64,000 nt of DNA, from contig JANPEF010000091.1 in the NCBI GenBank assembly GCA_031431875.1, positions 35,977 through 99,976 of the forward strand. The letters run 5' to 3'. The DNA is from Candidatus Eiseniibacteriota bacterium (GTDB lineage: Bacteria; Eisenbacteria; RBG-16-71-46; DASYSL01). Shown here piece by piece: positions 47,119-56,797 of this stretch (its first letter is position 1; each line of letters begins with the position of its first letter). The translations under genes and the position numbers were made by a program. Below the pieces are notes generated by a model, which worked only from the letters and a program-made list of their open reading frames with translations, was not told where the DNA came from and ran no database searches.

Positions 47119-48912
47119 TCAGCGCCCGCCGGCGGCGGGCACCTGCAACGCTTCATCGAGCACCCGGCCCTCGCAATGCGCCGGCGCATCGATCCCGAGC
47201 AGCGCCGCGACCGTGGGCGCGATGTCCGTGGTCGACACCGGCCGCCGGTAGGACCCGCGCTTCACGCCCCAACCGTAGAACACGAGCGGAACGTGGGTGT
47301 CATAGCGGTACGGCGTGCCGTGGCTCGCGCGGTACGTGGGACCCGTGCCGAAATACACGTACGGCCGCGGAACGAGGACGACATCGCCCGAGCGGCCCAC
47401 GAAGAACCCGAGCGCGACCTGCCGCGCCAGCGCTCCGGCCTTGCGGCCGGCGAGCACGTCATCTGCCGCGAAGCCGGCGGCGAGCCAGGGATTCGACGCC
47501 GCCGAGTCCGCGACGACGCGCGCCGCCTGGCTGCGCGTGATGCCCGCCACGGTGAGCACGGAGTCGTCGAAGGTGACGAGCCCCGAGGCGATCGACCGCG
47601 CGAAGCGAGCCTTCCCCGCCGCACGAGGCGCCACGGCGGCGAGCGCCCGCGTGATCACCCCGTCCACCCAGGCGCCAAGTCGTGCGCTGGCGACGCCACC
47701 GACCGAGTCTCCAGGCGCCGTCTCGAACTCGCGCGCGACGGTGGGTGAGGTGGCGACGCCGTGGTCGGACGTGATGCTGACGAGGTAGCGTCCGCGCCCG
47801 ACCTTCTCGTCGAGGTAGCCCAGGAATTCCGCGAGCCGCGCGTCCGTGCGATGGGCCAGGTCGAGGACCTCGGGGCTGTCGGGCCCGTAACGATGGCCGA
47901 CGCGATCGGGGATCGAGACGGAGAGCACCAGCAGGTCGGGCGTGGCGTCGGCGCCGAGCCGTTCGTTCGCAACGGCCGCTTCCGCAAAGTCGAACAGCGT
48001 GGCCAGCGACACGGGATGCGAGGCGAGGTCGATCTCCCCGCCCGTCGCGTTGCGCCCCGCGGGCCCGATCGGATGCGGGAACACGTCGTCGGGATCGGCC
48101 ACCGCCGTGCCCCGCAGCGCCGCCTCGCCGAGGATCGGGACCCACGGCGTGCGCATCGCCTCGTCCCGCGCGCGCCGCCCGGCCACGTTTGCCGCGATGG
48201 CCCAGTCTGGAAGTGCGGACGCGTAGTACGTGCTCGTCTGCATCAGGCCCGAAACATCGTCGAGCCAGTACACGCCGTTGGGCCGTCGGCCGGCCGGGAG
48301 GATCGCGCCTCGCGCCTTGTCGCTGATCGCGATCACGCGCGCCGCACCACGGGTCGTCCCGCGCAGCACGTCGCCGACCGTCTGCGCCTTCATCCGGTTC
48401 GGCGAACCGGGCTCGCCCCGCGTCCCCTCGGGAACGCCCACCGAGCGCACCGAGCGGTCGTCCGCGGCAGTGACCATGCGGCCGTCCGCGCGATCGAACC
48501 ATTCGTTCGCCACGACGCCGTGAGCCGCCGGCGTCGCACCGGACAGCCAGGTGGCATGGCCCGGCCCGGTCAGGGTCTGGGCATAGGGAATCGTGCAGTC
48601 GTGGAAGCGCGCGCCGCCGTCGATCAGCCGCCGGAAGCCGTCGCGGCCCCACACCCGGCGGAAGCGATCGAGATAATCGTCGCGGTACTGGTCGAACAGG
48701 AGCGCCACGACGAGGCGCGGCGCAGGTGGGGCGTCGCCGCGGGCAATCTCACGCGCGCCCGGGTTCTCCCGCGCACGGGCGCGCTCGACGCCGGGTTCGA
48801 ACGACTCGAGCGGCACGGGAGAGGTCGACTGGGCATGGGCGCGTCCGGCGCAGCAGAGCAGCGCCGCCGCGACGGCGATCGATCGCGTGAGGTTCCAACG
48901 CGACCCTTCCAT
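47119..48912 (-). CDS. Alkaline phosphatase superfamily (PafA-like nucleotide pyrophosphatase/phosphatase)
   Basis: FDQYRDDY, TLTGPGHAT, ISDKARGAI, DRVGHRYGP, TSDHG, HGTPYRYDTHVPL. Confidence 0.92.
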   Translation of the reverse strand: MEGSRWNLTRSIAVAAALLCCAGRAHAQSTSPVPLESFEPGVERARARENPGAREIARGDAPPAPRLVVALLFDQYRDDYLDRFRRVWGRDGFRRLIDGGARFHDCTIPYAQTLTGPGHATWLSGATPAAHGVVANEWFDRADGRMVTAADDRSVRSVGVPEGTRGEPGSPNRMKAQTVGDVLRGTTRGAARVIAISDKARGAILPAGRRPNGVYWLDDVSGLMQTSTYYASALPDWAIAANVAGRRARDEAMRTPWVPILGEAALRGTAVADPDDVFPHPIGPAGRNATGGEIDLASHPVSLATLFDFAEAAVANERLGADATPDLLVLSVSIPDRVGHRYGPDSPEVLDLAHRTDARLAEFLGYLDEKVGRGRYLVSITSDHGVATSPTVAREFETAPGDSVGGVASARLGAWVDGVITRALAAVAPRAAGKARFARSIASGLVTFDDSVLTVAGITRSQAARVVADSAASNPWLAAGFAADDVLAGRKAGALARQVALGFFVGRSGDVVLVPRPYVYFGTGPTYRASHGTPYRYDTHVPLVFYGWGVKRGSYRRPVSTTDIAPTVAALLGIDAPAHCEGRVLDEALQVPAAGGR

Positions 48913-48926
48913 GGCTCGCCCCCGCC

Positions 48927-50099
48927 CTACCGGTACGCCGGGATGCCCGTGACGGCCTCGCCGAGCACGAGCGTGTGGATGCTGTGCGTTCCCTCGTAGG
49001 TCTTCACCGACTCGAGGTTGCACATGTGGCGCATGATCGGGTACTCGCCGGTGATGCCGTTGGCGCCCAGGATGTCGCGCGCCTCGCGGGCGATGTCGAG
49101 CGCGATGTCACAGTTGTTGCGCTTGGCCATGGAAACCATCTCGGGCGTGTGCTGCTTCTTCTCCTTGAGGCGGCCGACCTGCAGCGCGAGCAGCTGCGCC
49201 TTGGTGATCTCGGTGATCATGTCGGCGAAGCGCGCCTGCACCAACTGGAAGGAAGCGATCGGCTTGTCGAACATGATACGCACCTTGGCGTACTCGACGG
49301 CCGAGTGGTAGCAGGCCATCGCCGCGCCGAGGACCCCCCAGGAGATTCCGTAGCGCGCCTGCGTCAGACAGCCGAGCGGCGCCTTGAGGCCCTCGCCGTT
49401 GGGCAGGATCGCGTCGGGACCGACGTGCACGTCCTGCAGGATCAGCTCGCTGGTGACCGAGGCGCGCAGCGAGTGCTTGCGCTTCTGCTCGGGCGCGGTG
49501 AAGCCCTTCGTGCCCTTCTCGACGAGGAAGCCGCGGATCTTCCCGCCGTCGAGGCGCGCCCACACGATCGCGACGTCGGCGATCGTGCCGTTGGTGATCC
49601 ACATCTTGGCACCATTGAGCACGAAGCCGTCGGCGACCGTCTTCGCGGTCGTCTTCATGCCCGCGGGGTTCGAGCCGAAGTCGGGCTCGGTCAGGCCGAA
49701 GCAGCCGATCTTCGTGCCGGCGGCGAGCTCGGGCAGCCACTTCTTGCGCTGCTCCTCGGAGCCGTAGGCGTAGATCGGGTACATGACGAGCGCGCCCTGC
49801 ACCGAGACGAACGAGCGCAGGCCCGAGTCGCCCCGCTCGAGCTCCTGCATCGCGAGTCCGTACGCGACGTCGCCGATGCCGGCGCACCCGTACTCGACCG
49901 GCAGGTTCGCGCCGAGCACGCCGAGCTCGGCGAGCTCGGGGATGAGCTCCATCGGAAACGTCGCCGCCTCGTAGTGCTGCTCGACGACCGGGAGATACTT
50001 GTCCTCGACCCAGTCGCGCACCGCCTGGCGGATGGTCTTCTCCTCGTCGGTCAGGAGATCGTCGATGCGCAGGAAGTCGACACCGTTGAAGACGGCCAT
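48927..50099 (-). CDS. gcdH: Glutaryl-CoA dehydrogenase-type acyl-CoA dehydrogenase
   Basis: GCFGLTEPDFGSNP, NGAKMWITN, SLRASVTSEL, NLESVKTYEGT. Confidence 0.9.
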   Translation of the reverse strand: MAVFNGVDFLRIDDLLTDEEKTIRQAVRDWVEDKYLPVVEQHYEAATFPMELIPELAELGVLGANLPVEYGCAGIGDVAYGLAMQELERGDSGLRSFVSVQGALVMYPIYAYGSEEQRKKWLPELAAGTKIGCFGLTEPDFGSNPAGMKTTAKTVADGFVLNGAKMWITNGTIADVAIVWARLDGGKIRGFLVEKGTKGFTAPEQKRKHSLRASVTSELILQDVHVGPDAILPNGEGLKAPLGCLTQARYGISWGVLGAAMACYHSAVEYAKVRIMFDKPIASFQLVQARFADMITEITKAQLLALQVGRLKEKKQHTPEMVSMAKRNNCDIALDIAREARDILGANGITGEYPIMRHMCNLESVKTYEGTHSIHTLVLGEAVTGIPAYR

Positions 50100-50286
50100 G
50101 AAGCCTCCGGGGGTTGCGGCACTGCGGAATGGGACCGGTCAGGGCGGGCGGGGCGGGCGGGCTTGCAACCGGTCGGACCCCGGGAATCTAGCAGGAATCA
50201 CCGGTTGCGGGGGGAGGGCGCGCCAAGCTATCGTTTTCGCACGTCGAGACCGGGTCGAAACGCTGCCGCGCATTCGGGGGTCGAGC

Positions 50287-52065
50287 ATGTCCTGGTCACG
50301 CGAGGGTTTTGGTTGGTTGTTGGCGGCCGTGACCCTTCTCTTGTTCGTCTCCCCGTTGTCTGCAGATCGAGTCCTCGCGGCGTGGCTCCCCGAAGGAAAC
50401 CCGGCCTCCCTCAAGCCGGGCCACCAGCTCGACCACTCCTTGCTTGCCGACGGAAACGGTGGTGTGATCGTCGCGTGGGGCCAGCATCGGCCTAACGAGT
50501 TCTTTGATACGGTCACGTCCCAGGTGAACCTGGCGTGGCTGACCTCAGCCGGATCCGTCCAGCCGGGATGGCCCGAGGACGGATTCACAGTGGAGCCTGG
50601 ATCCCTCAAGCAGTACCTCCCACGAATGGCGTCGGATTCGGGCGAAGGACTCTTCATCGTCTGGAGCGACGGCTACGGCCCGCAGCGGCCCCAGGGCATC
50701 CGGGTCCAGCGCCTTCGATCCTGGGCTGCGATCGCTCCCGGTTGGCCCTCCGATGGCGTCACCCTGGCAACCGGCGAGATCCTGGTCAGGTCCGTCGACG
50801 CCGGGCCGCCAGGCACCGTGTTTGCCGCGTGGACGTCGCACCCCTCTTATTACGATGGGGAAACGGACACTGGAGCGCTGAGGGTCGACTCCACTCCGCT
50901 TCCCGTAACCCCGTGGGGCTTGCCGGGAGTCCCAATGGATACGACTTCACGCGAGGACTCGAACCCACGAGTCGTGGCCGATCCCTCGGGCGGTGCCTGC
51001 ATCCTCTGGGTGGTCCGAGACACGCTTGAGCTGCTGACCCGCAAGCTCGATCCCTTCGGCGCATTTTCATCGGACTGGCCCCCCGGTGAACTCTCGCTTG
51101 CCGAGACCACAAGCACTCTCGACTACCGCGTGGCCAAGGATGCGGAGGGGTTCTTCGTCACGTGGAGCGACGAAATCCGGGGCTCATTCTCGCCGGTTCC
51201 AATCGCCGGGAGCATCTATCTTCATCGCGTCCTGTTCGCATCGGGACCGAGCCCGAGATTCCCGGCGAAGGGAACTCGCATCTGCGCCGCGGCGTCCGTC
51301 CAGATCGATCCGGAGCTCTGCGTCGTGGAGCGGGATGCCATCGTCGTCTGGTCGGACTACCGCGACTCCTCGCAAACCGATGTCTATGCCCAGCGGGTGA
51401 CCCCGAACGGAACCGTCGCCCCCGGCTGGCCTGCGGATGGAGTGCTGGTCGCGGGCGGCCCGGGCGATCAGACCGAGGCCGCCGTCGTCGGTGCGAGCGA
51501 CGGTGGCGTGTGGATCACCTGGCGGGATCGGCGGGACGACCGGGGAGACGTGTACCTCATGAAGCTCGACGCCACAGGGGCGGCTGCGCCGGGCTGGCTC
51601 GCGGGAGGTCGCCGCCTCGGCGCGGGTCCGGGTGAACAGTCCGAGCCGGCCCTGGTGACCGACGGTTCGGGAGGAGCGTTCGTGTCCTGGATCCACCGGC
51701 CGCTACACGCTCACTTGAGCATCCGCATCACACGCGTGAGCGCGGCGGGCGCGATCGGACCGGAGATCGAGAGCGCAGCCCCCGCGGCGATTCGCTTCGT
51801 CCAGGCGCGGCCAAACCCGGCGCGGGATTCGCAGCTCCTCGTGTTCGAGCTTCCTTCACCGGCTTCGGTCACGATCGACATCTACGACGTCGCCGGACGG
51901 CTCCACCGCACGCTCGAACCGAACGGCGGGTTCGAAGCCGGGACGCGCGGCGTTGCATGGGACGGTCGCGATCAGGGAGGTCGGCGCCTCGCGCGCGGAA
52001 TCTACCTGGCGCGCATCCGTAGCGCCGAAGAGGGCGCGACAGGAAAGCTGGTCCTGCTCGACTAG
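50287..52065 (+). CDS. Secreted repeat (beta-propeller-like) protein with C-terminal FlgD-Ig sorting domain
   Basis: Repeats DG.GG...W.D.R and PGWP.DG; CTD PNPAR..YDVAGR..WDGRDQGG..GIY; visibly weaker GC3 bias in the 5' part. Confidence 0.85.
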   Translation: MSWSREGFGWLLAAVTLLLFVSPLSADRVLAAWLPEGNPASLKPGHQLDHSLLADGNGGVIVAWGQHRPNEFFDTVTSQVNLAWLTSAGSVQPGWPEDGFTVEPGSLKQYLPRMASDSGEGLFIVWSDGYGPQRPQGIRVQRLRSWAAIAPGWPSDGVTLATGEILVRSVDAGPPGTVFAAWTSHPSYYDGETDTGALRVDSTPLPVTPWGLPGVPMDTTSREDSNPRVVADPSGGACILWVVRDTLELLTRKLDPFGAFSSDWPPGELSLAETTSTLDYRVAKDAEGFFVTWSDEIRGSFSPVPIAGSIYLHRVLFASGPSPRFPAKGTRICAAASVQIDPELCVVERDAIVVWSDYRDSSQTDVYAQRVTPNGTVAPGWPADGVLVAGGPGDQTEAAVVGASDGGVWITWRDRRDDRGDVYLMKLDATGAAAPGWLAGGRRLGAGPGEQSEPALVTDGSGGAFVSWIHRPLHAHLSIRITRVSAAGAIGPEIESAAPAAIRFVQARPNPARDSQLLVFELPSPASVTIDIYDVAGRLHRTLEPNGGFEAGTRGVAWDGRDQGGRRLARGIYLARIRSAEEGATGKLVLLD

Positions 52066-52192
52066 GGTCGGAGTCAAGACACTCTCGCGGCTCAACGCAT
52101 CCAACAACGGCCCGGCTTCTCCCGGCTGCTCGATCCATCGTTCGCCCGCTGACTTGCGACAGCGCAAGTTCCCCTCCCCAGGGGTCTCGCGG

Positions 52193-52411
52193 CTACGCTC
52201 CGGGCCGGGGCGGATCGAGCGGAAACTCGCTCAGAACGAGTTCGCGCACGTCAAGTCGCCGGCTGGCGTGGTCGATGTCGATGCCGACGATGTTGCCGCG
52301 TGCGTCGTAGTCGAGCACGAACCCGGGCGAGATCTCGCGACTCTCGACGCTGGGTCCCGCGACGAGATCGATGTAGAGGGAATCGTTGTCGCGATCGTAG
52401 GCGATCTTCAT
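52193..52411 (-). CDS. DUF2283 domain protein (putative antitoxin)
   Basis: MKIAYDRDNDSLYIDL..ESREISPGFVLDYDARGNIVGIDID. Confidence 0.85.
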   Translation of the reverse strand: MKIAYDRDNDSLYIDLVAGPSVESREISPGFVLDYDARGNIVGIDIDHASRRLDVRELVLSEFPLDPPRPGA

Positions 52412-52460
52412 GGCCGTCAGTTTCTGTCGAGGAAGGCATTGTGGATCGTGACACCAGAGT
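52408..52460 (-). pseudogene. 3' relic of the cognate upstream (toxin-like) gene of DUF2283
   Basis: SGVTIHNAFLDRN*RP* ends in an ATGA overlap with the DUF2283 start; has a premature stop and no 5' part. Confidence 0.55.
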
Positions 52461-52509
52461 CGAAGCATCTCACACGCGCGGGACTGGGCGAACCTGCGCC
52501 AGCGCAGGT

Positions 52510-53154
52510 TCACCGCCGCAGCAGCAACACCCCGATCCACGCGAACCACAGAATCTGGCCCAGGCCAAACACGGCGCCCAGCTCACCGAGCGCCGGGATG
52601 ATCGTGGCAACGCCAGCCGTTCCAACGACGAAGCCCAGGAGCGCCAGCGGCCGGGGCAGCGCCCTGGACGGAAGTGCAGCGGCGCTGGTCATGATCACCC
52701 ACAGGCCGCCAACGATTTCCACGCCGCCGCCGAGACCGTCCTGGATGGCGGCGATGGCAGCCCACGCCGTGACCGCCTGGGCAACATCCTGCGCGTGAAG
52801 CGTGGCAACCGCTTCCAGTCCGACGCTGGCGACCATGCCGCTGGCAATCACGAGACCGGCCCAGATGAGTCCAAACGGGGTGGCGACGTTCATGAGCTCC
52901 GCCGAGGCACTCCGGAGCCGATCGTGAAGCGCGACGGTCAGGACCACCAGCACAACGCCGAAGATCACGTAGATCAACGTCGTCCAGAGCTGGAAGACGG
53001 CCTTCCGCTCGAGGACGAAGGCCAGCTTCTGGGCTCGATCCCAACCCTCCGTGTCTCCGGGGTTGAGCAAGGTGGCGAGGACGACGAAACCGACGACGTA
53101 GATCAACGCTTCGACCAGCGCGGCGATACCACCTGCTCTTCGCAACGTCAGCAT
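52510..53154 (-). CDS. DUF4386-like multi-TM membrane protein
   Basis: Several TM helices; FGLIWAGLVIASGM, GLGGGVEIVGGLW, FGLGQILWFAWIG. Confidence 0.8.
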   Translation of the reverse strand: MLTLRRAGGIAALVEALIYVVGFVVLATLLNPGDTEGWDRAQKLAFVLERKAVFQLWTTLIYVIFGVVLVVLTVALHDRLRSASAELMNVATPFGLIWAGLVIASGMVASVGLEAVATLHAQDVAQAVTAWAAIAAIQDGLGGGVEIVGGLWVIMTSAAALPSRALPRPLALLGFVVGTAGVATIIPALGELGAVFGLGQILWFAWIGVLLLRR

Positions 53155-53281
53155 TCGGAACCTCGTGTTGGATGACCGAAGAGCAGGAACCCGCGACGAC
53201 ACGGTATCACGCGGATCCCGGACTCGGGGAGGCGGGGCCGGTCCGCGACATGCGCCAGCGCATGCTCGGTCAGCCTTGCCC

Positions 53282-53944
53282 TCACCCCGTCGCCAGCACG
53301 AAGTGGAAGCGACCCTCGCGCCCGCGACCGCGCTCTGCCTCGCGCACGGCCATCTCGAGCTCGGGGCGATAGAGGGAGTCTCGCGCGTTCCGCGGCTCGT
53401 CCGGAAAGTAGAGCTGCGTGGTGAGCAGGCGCCCGCCCTTGGGCTGGACCCGGACGTGGACGTGGCGCGTGCGCCCGGGGTAGAGCCCCGGCACGATCGT
53501 CTCCAGGCGATAACTCCCGTCCGCCGTGCTGAACTGGTGTCCGCGCAGCCGGTAGCCTTCGTTGTCGTACTCCCCGTCCCCGTCGGCCTGCCAGACGTCG
53601 ACCAGCGCGTTCGCGATCGGCGTGCAGGCGCGCGAGTAGACACGACCGGTGACGACGATGCGCGTCCCCGTGACTCCCTTCTCGAGGAGCGACGTGCGCA
53701 GCGGCGAGTTCGGCGTGTAGAACGGGCCCGCGGTCATCGACGGTGTCGGGTCGTCGCCGTCGTCGCACTCGGGCGTGGACGCAAGCCGCGGCGCGGCGGG
53801 CGCGGCGGCGGCCGCGGCGGCAGGCTCGGCGTCGAGTCAGCGCAGGTGTGCGCCGGCGGCGAAGACGATCGGCGCGGCCAGCGCGAGGCGAAGCAGGCGA
53901 CGGCGGTCGGGGTCGGGGTCGCGGTCGGACAGGTCGTGCGGCAT
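53282..53944 (-). pseudogene. Tat-exported intradiol ring-cleavage dioxygenase with one in-frame TGA (53837-53839)
   Basis: DRRRLL Tat motif; GPFY, VDVWQAD..GEYD, PGLYPGRTRHVH, LTTQLYFP. The two ORF-track halves are in the same frame. Confidence 0.8.
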
Positions 53945-54057
53945 GGCGATCCTCCGGGGAGGTGGGGCGTCGGCGAGCGCCCGGGGAGTCTGCGGGATCG
54001 CGGCAAAAAGGGCTGTTAAATCGGGGTTGAGGGGGGAGTTGGGACGGGCCGGCGCGG

Positions 54058-54112
54058 ATTTCTCCTTCCTGGAGGGAGAAATGAGATCGGCATTCTCCTT
54101 CGAGAAAGGAGA
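54058..54112. repeat. Two tandem TTCTCCTT...AAGGAGAA hairpins
   Basis: ATTTCTCCTTC-CTG-GAGGGAGAAAT and TTCTCCTT-CGAGA-AAGGAGAA. Confidence 0.7.
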
Positions 54113-54169
54113 ACCGGGGCAGGCGATCGAAGTGCCCATGCTCGGTAAACCCAAGGGTCGACGAACAGC

Positions 54170-54202
54170 CGTACGGTCCGTACGAAACGTACGAAACGTA
54201 CG
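54170..54202. repeat. Four CGTACG hexamers at 9-bp period
   Basis: CGTACG-GTC-CGTACG-AAA-CGTACG-AAA-CGTACG. Confidence 0.9.
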
Positions 54203-54315
54203 CACGCCTGGTGGACACCGGATACCGAAGCCCGGACCCCCAGGCGCTCCGACCCGGTGCGGTGTGGGATCAACATGCGCCAGCGCATACCGAGTGGCCA
54301 CTCGCGCCGACGCTT

Positions 54316-54379
54316 GCACCGACTCGCACACCGACACTCACGCACACCGACACGCACACCGCACGCACACCGACACTCA
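54316..54379. repeat. Imperfect GCACACCGAC tandem repeat
   Basis: About 5 copies of GCACACCG(ACAC) upstream of the next CDS. Confidence 0.7.
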
Positions 54380-54451
54380 TTGCCGCCGCACAGCGCCGGA
54401 CGTACTCTCCGGCGACCCCACCCCTCCCCGGAGGCCGCCGTGCCCGAGACG

Positions 54452-55156
54452 ATGTCGCACCAGCCCGCCACGCCCGACCAGAAGGACGCCACGCGCCAGG
54501 CGAAGTTCCTGGTGGCGCGCTTCGAGCAGTGGGCGCTGCCGCGAATCGCCGCACGGCTGCCGCGCTGGGTGATGCCCGACCACCTGACCGGGCTCGGCAT
54601 CGTCGCGGCCACGTTCATCATGCTGTGCTACTGGCGATCGAACGAAAGCCGCGCGTGGCTCTGGGGCGCGAACCTCGGCCTCGTCGCGCACTGGTTCGGC
54701 GACAGCCTCGACGGCACGCTGGCGCGCGTGCGAAGGATCCCGCGCCCGCGTTACGGCTTCTACCTCGACCACCTGACCGACGCGTACGCGACGACGGCGC
54801 TCGGCCTCGGGCTCGGGTTCTCGCCGTTCATGCTCGTCTCGGTCGGGCTCGCCGGGGTGGTCGCCTACCTCATCCTGTCGATCAACGTGTATCTCGAGAC
54901 GTACGTCTTCGGGGTGTTCCGCTACGGCTACGGAGTGCTCGGCCCGACCGAGGCCCGGCTCCTGCTCATCGCGCTCAACACCATTGCGCTGTTCGTCTCC
55001 CCGCTGCCGTTCACCTGGCTCGGCGTCGAGATGACAGTGTTCGACGTCGGCGGCATCGCCGTCACGCTGCTCATGCTGTCGCTCCTCGCCTGGCGCGCCG
55101 GGAGGAACCTGCGCGAGCTAGCGCGTCTCGAGCCGCCGAACGTCGTCAAGGAATAG
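54452..55156 (+). CDS. CDP-alcohol phosphatidyltransferase family protein
   Basis: DSLDGTLARVR..RYGFYLDHLTD signature. Confidence 0.9.
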   Translation: MSHQPATPDQKDATRQAKFLVARFEQWALPRIAARLPRWVMPDHLTGLGIVAATFIMLCYWRSNESRAWLWGANLGLVAHWFGDSLDGTLARVRRIPRPRYGFYLDHLTDAYATTALGLGLGFSPFMLVSVGLAGVVAYLILSINVYLETYVFGVFRYGYGVLGPTEARLLLIALNTIALFVSPLPFTWLGVEMTVFDVGGIAVTLLMLSLLAWRAGRNLRELARLEPPNVVKE

Positions 55157-55177
55157 CGAATCGCGAGTAGCCGGCGC

Positions 55178-55978
55178 CTACGGGCCGGCCACCGACACGA
55201 GTTCCACCCGACCGCGCGTGCCCCCGGCCTGGGCCGGTGATTCGAGCACGAGGCCCACGCCGCGCGCGTAGTACTTGAAGCCGCGGTTGCCGGGCTCGAG
55301 CTTCGTCCACTCGAGGATCTGGATACAGTCGTCGAACTCGCCATAGGGCACCTCGACGTCGACGTCGATGCTCCGCACGCGCGCCTCGTCCTCGGCGATG
55401 CCGACCGCGTACTCCTGGTAGTAGGACTCGCCGGTCTCGGGCTCGGCCAGCATCTGGATGCCCGCCTTCGCACCGGCGACGCCCGCTTCCCACGAGCCGT
55501 TGGTATCGACGAGCTGGCCGTTCTCGTAATTCAGCACCGCCTCCCCCAGGTACCAGACGTTGCCGTCTTTGTCCTGCGCGTACCAGTCGTCGGTGTCCTC
55601 GACGAGCTGGCCGTCGACATAGACGCGATCGCGCACGACGGTGGCCGCGATGCCGAGAATCGACTTCGTCGCGGTGAGCACCTCGACCACGACGGTCTCC
55701 GCGCCGGGACCACTCCCTTCCTTGAACGTGGCGACCGTGCCGGGAACGAGCGGGAAGTACGGGTGGGTGACGCCGGTGACGAAGTTCGCGGGATCAAACT
55801 CCGGGGCTTCGTCGGCGCCGGTCCGACCGACCGAACCCGCGGCCCCGAACGCCCCCGGCCCTGCGGCCTGCGGCGCGAGCACGTCGGCGCCCTGCCCTCC
55901 GGCGCAACCCATCACCACGGCGAGCGTCGCGAGCGCCGCGCACGCCGCGGCACCCGTGTACATCCGATGAAATCGCAT
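55178..55978 (-). CDS. Conserved hypothetical lipoprotein
   Basis: AAGGAGG RBS, lipobox VMGC; HPYFPL, EDTDDWYAQDKDGNVWYLGE, GSWEAG, KYYARGVG. Confidence 0.85.
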   Translation of the reverse strand: MRFHRMYTGAAACAALATLAVVMGCAGGQGADVLAPQAAGPGAFGAAGSVGRTGADEAPEFDPANFVTGVTHPYFPLVPGTVATFKEGSGPGAETVVVEVLTATKSILGIAATVVRDRVYVDGQLVEDTDDWYAQDKDGNVWYLGEAVLNYENGQLVDTNGSWEAGVAGAKAGIQMLAEPETGESYYQEYAVGIAEDEARVRSIDVDVEVPYGEFDDCIQILEWTKLEPGNRGFKYYARGVGLVLESPAQAGGTRGRVELVSVAGP

Positions 55979-56022
55979 CGTCAGCCTCCTTCAGCATCAG
56001 TTAGGGGTGTGAACCTCTGCGG

Positions 56023-56057
56023 GAAGGAACCGACGAGGCCGCTCGGGCGTGACAGCC
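56023..56057 (-). promoter_or_regulatory. ECF sigma-type promoter GGCTGTCACG-N16-GGTTCCTTC (target lipoprotein)
   Basis: Identical boxes and spacing to 57333-57367. Confidence 0.75.
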
Positions 56058-56062
56058 CACGC

Positions 56063-56797
56063 TCACTCGCCGAGGGGAATGGCGATCTCGCCGAGCGAGT
56101 CGGCCGGGACCGACGCGTCGACCCGGCCCGCCGCCAGGCGCCAGGCCCGGCGTCCGTGCACCCGGATCTCGACCTCCGGCGCGGTCAAGGGGACGTCGAT
56201 CCGGACCAGGCCGGCGCCCGAGACGCGAACCGTCAGCCGCCCCTCCTCCGAGTCGAACGCAGCCACGTCGGGTGCGGCGCTCACGACGACCGCCTCCCCC
56301 TCGACGAGGTTGACGAGCGCGCGCGCACTCTCTCCCGCTCCCGTAGGCCGAAGCTCGATCACGAGGCGTGCGCCGGGCGTCACCGCGACGCCGCCGATGG
56401 CCGGCGCCACCGGGGCCGGGACAGTCGGCGACGTCGCCGGCCGTGTGCCCGCGCCGCCCATCCAGCCTTGGAGCCAGGCGCGCACGGGCGATCCGGGGAG
56501 TGCTGCTGCCGCCCCTGCGACGACGACGAGCAGCGCCGCAGCGGCGGCGAACCGCGGCACGCGCAAGCGGGGTCGCACGCGTGCCCGCGCGAGGATCGCC
56601 TCGAGCGGAGGCCGCGCGGACGCCGCGGGGTCGAGCCCGCGCAGCAGGTTGCTCACGCGCGCATCGGCGCTGCGGGCGCGCTCGAAGCGTTCGCGGCACG
56701 GTGCGCAGTCGGCGAGGTGGCGGTCCGCCTCGATCCGCTCCACGGGCTCGAGTTCATCGTCGCGCCGACGCTCGATCCGTTCGTCATCGAGATGCAT
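56063..56797 (-). CDS. zf-HC2 anti-sigma factor
   Basis: HLADCAPC zinc motif, TM helix, directly downstream of the ECF sigma. Confidence 0.85.
   Translation of the reverse strand: MHLDDERIERRRDDELEPVERIEADRHLADCAPCRERFERARSADARVSNLLRGLDPAASARPPLEAILARARVRPRLRVPRFAAAAALLVVVAGAAAALPGSPVRAWLQGWMGGAGTRPATSPTVPAPVAPAIGGVAVTPGARLVIELRPTGAGESARALVNLVEGEAVVVSAAPDVAAFDSEEGRLTVRVSGAGLVRIDVPLTAPEVEIRVHGRRAWRLAAGRVDASVPADSLGEIAIPLGE

Noticed and set aside
53837..53839. In-frame TGA as selenocysteine
   Set aside because: It lies in a signal or linker region, not at a catalytic Cys position, and no convincing SECIS was recognised.
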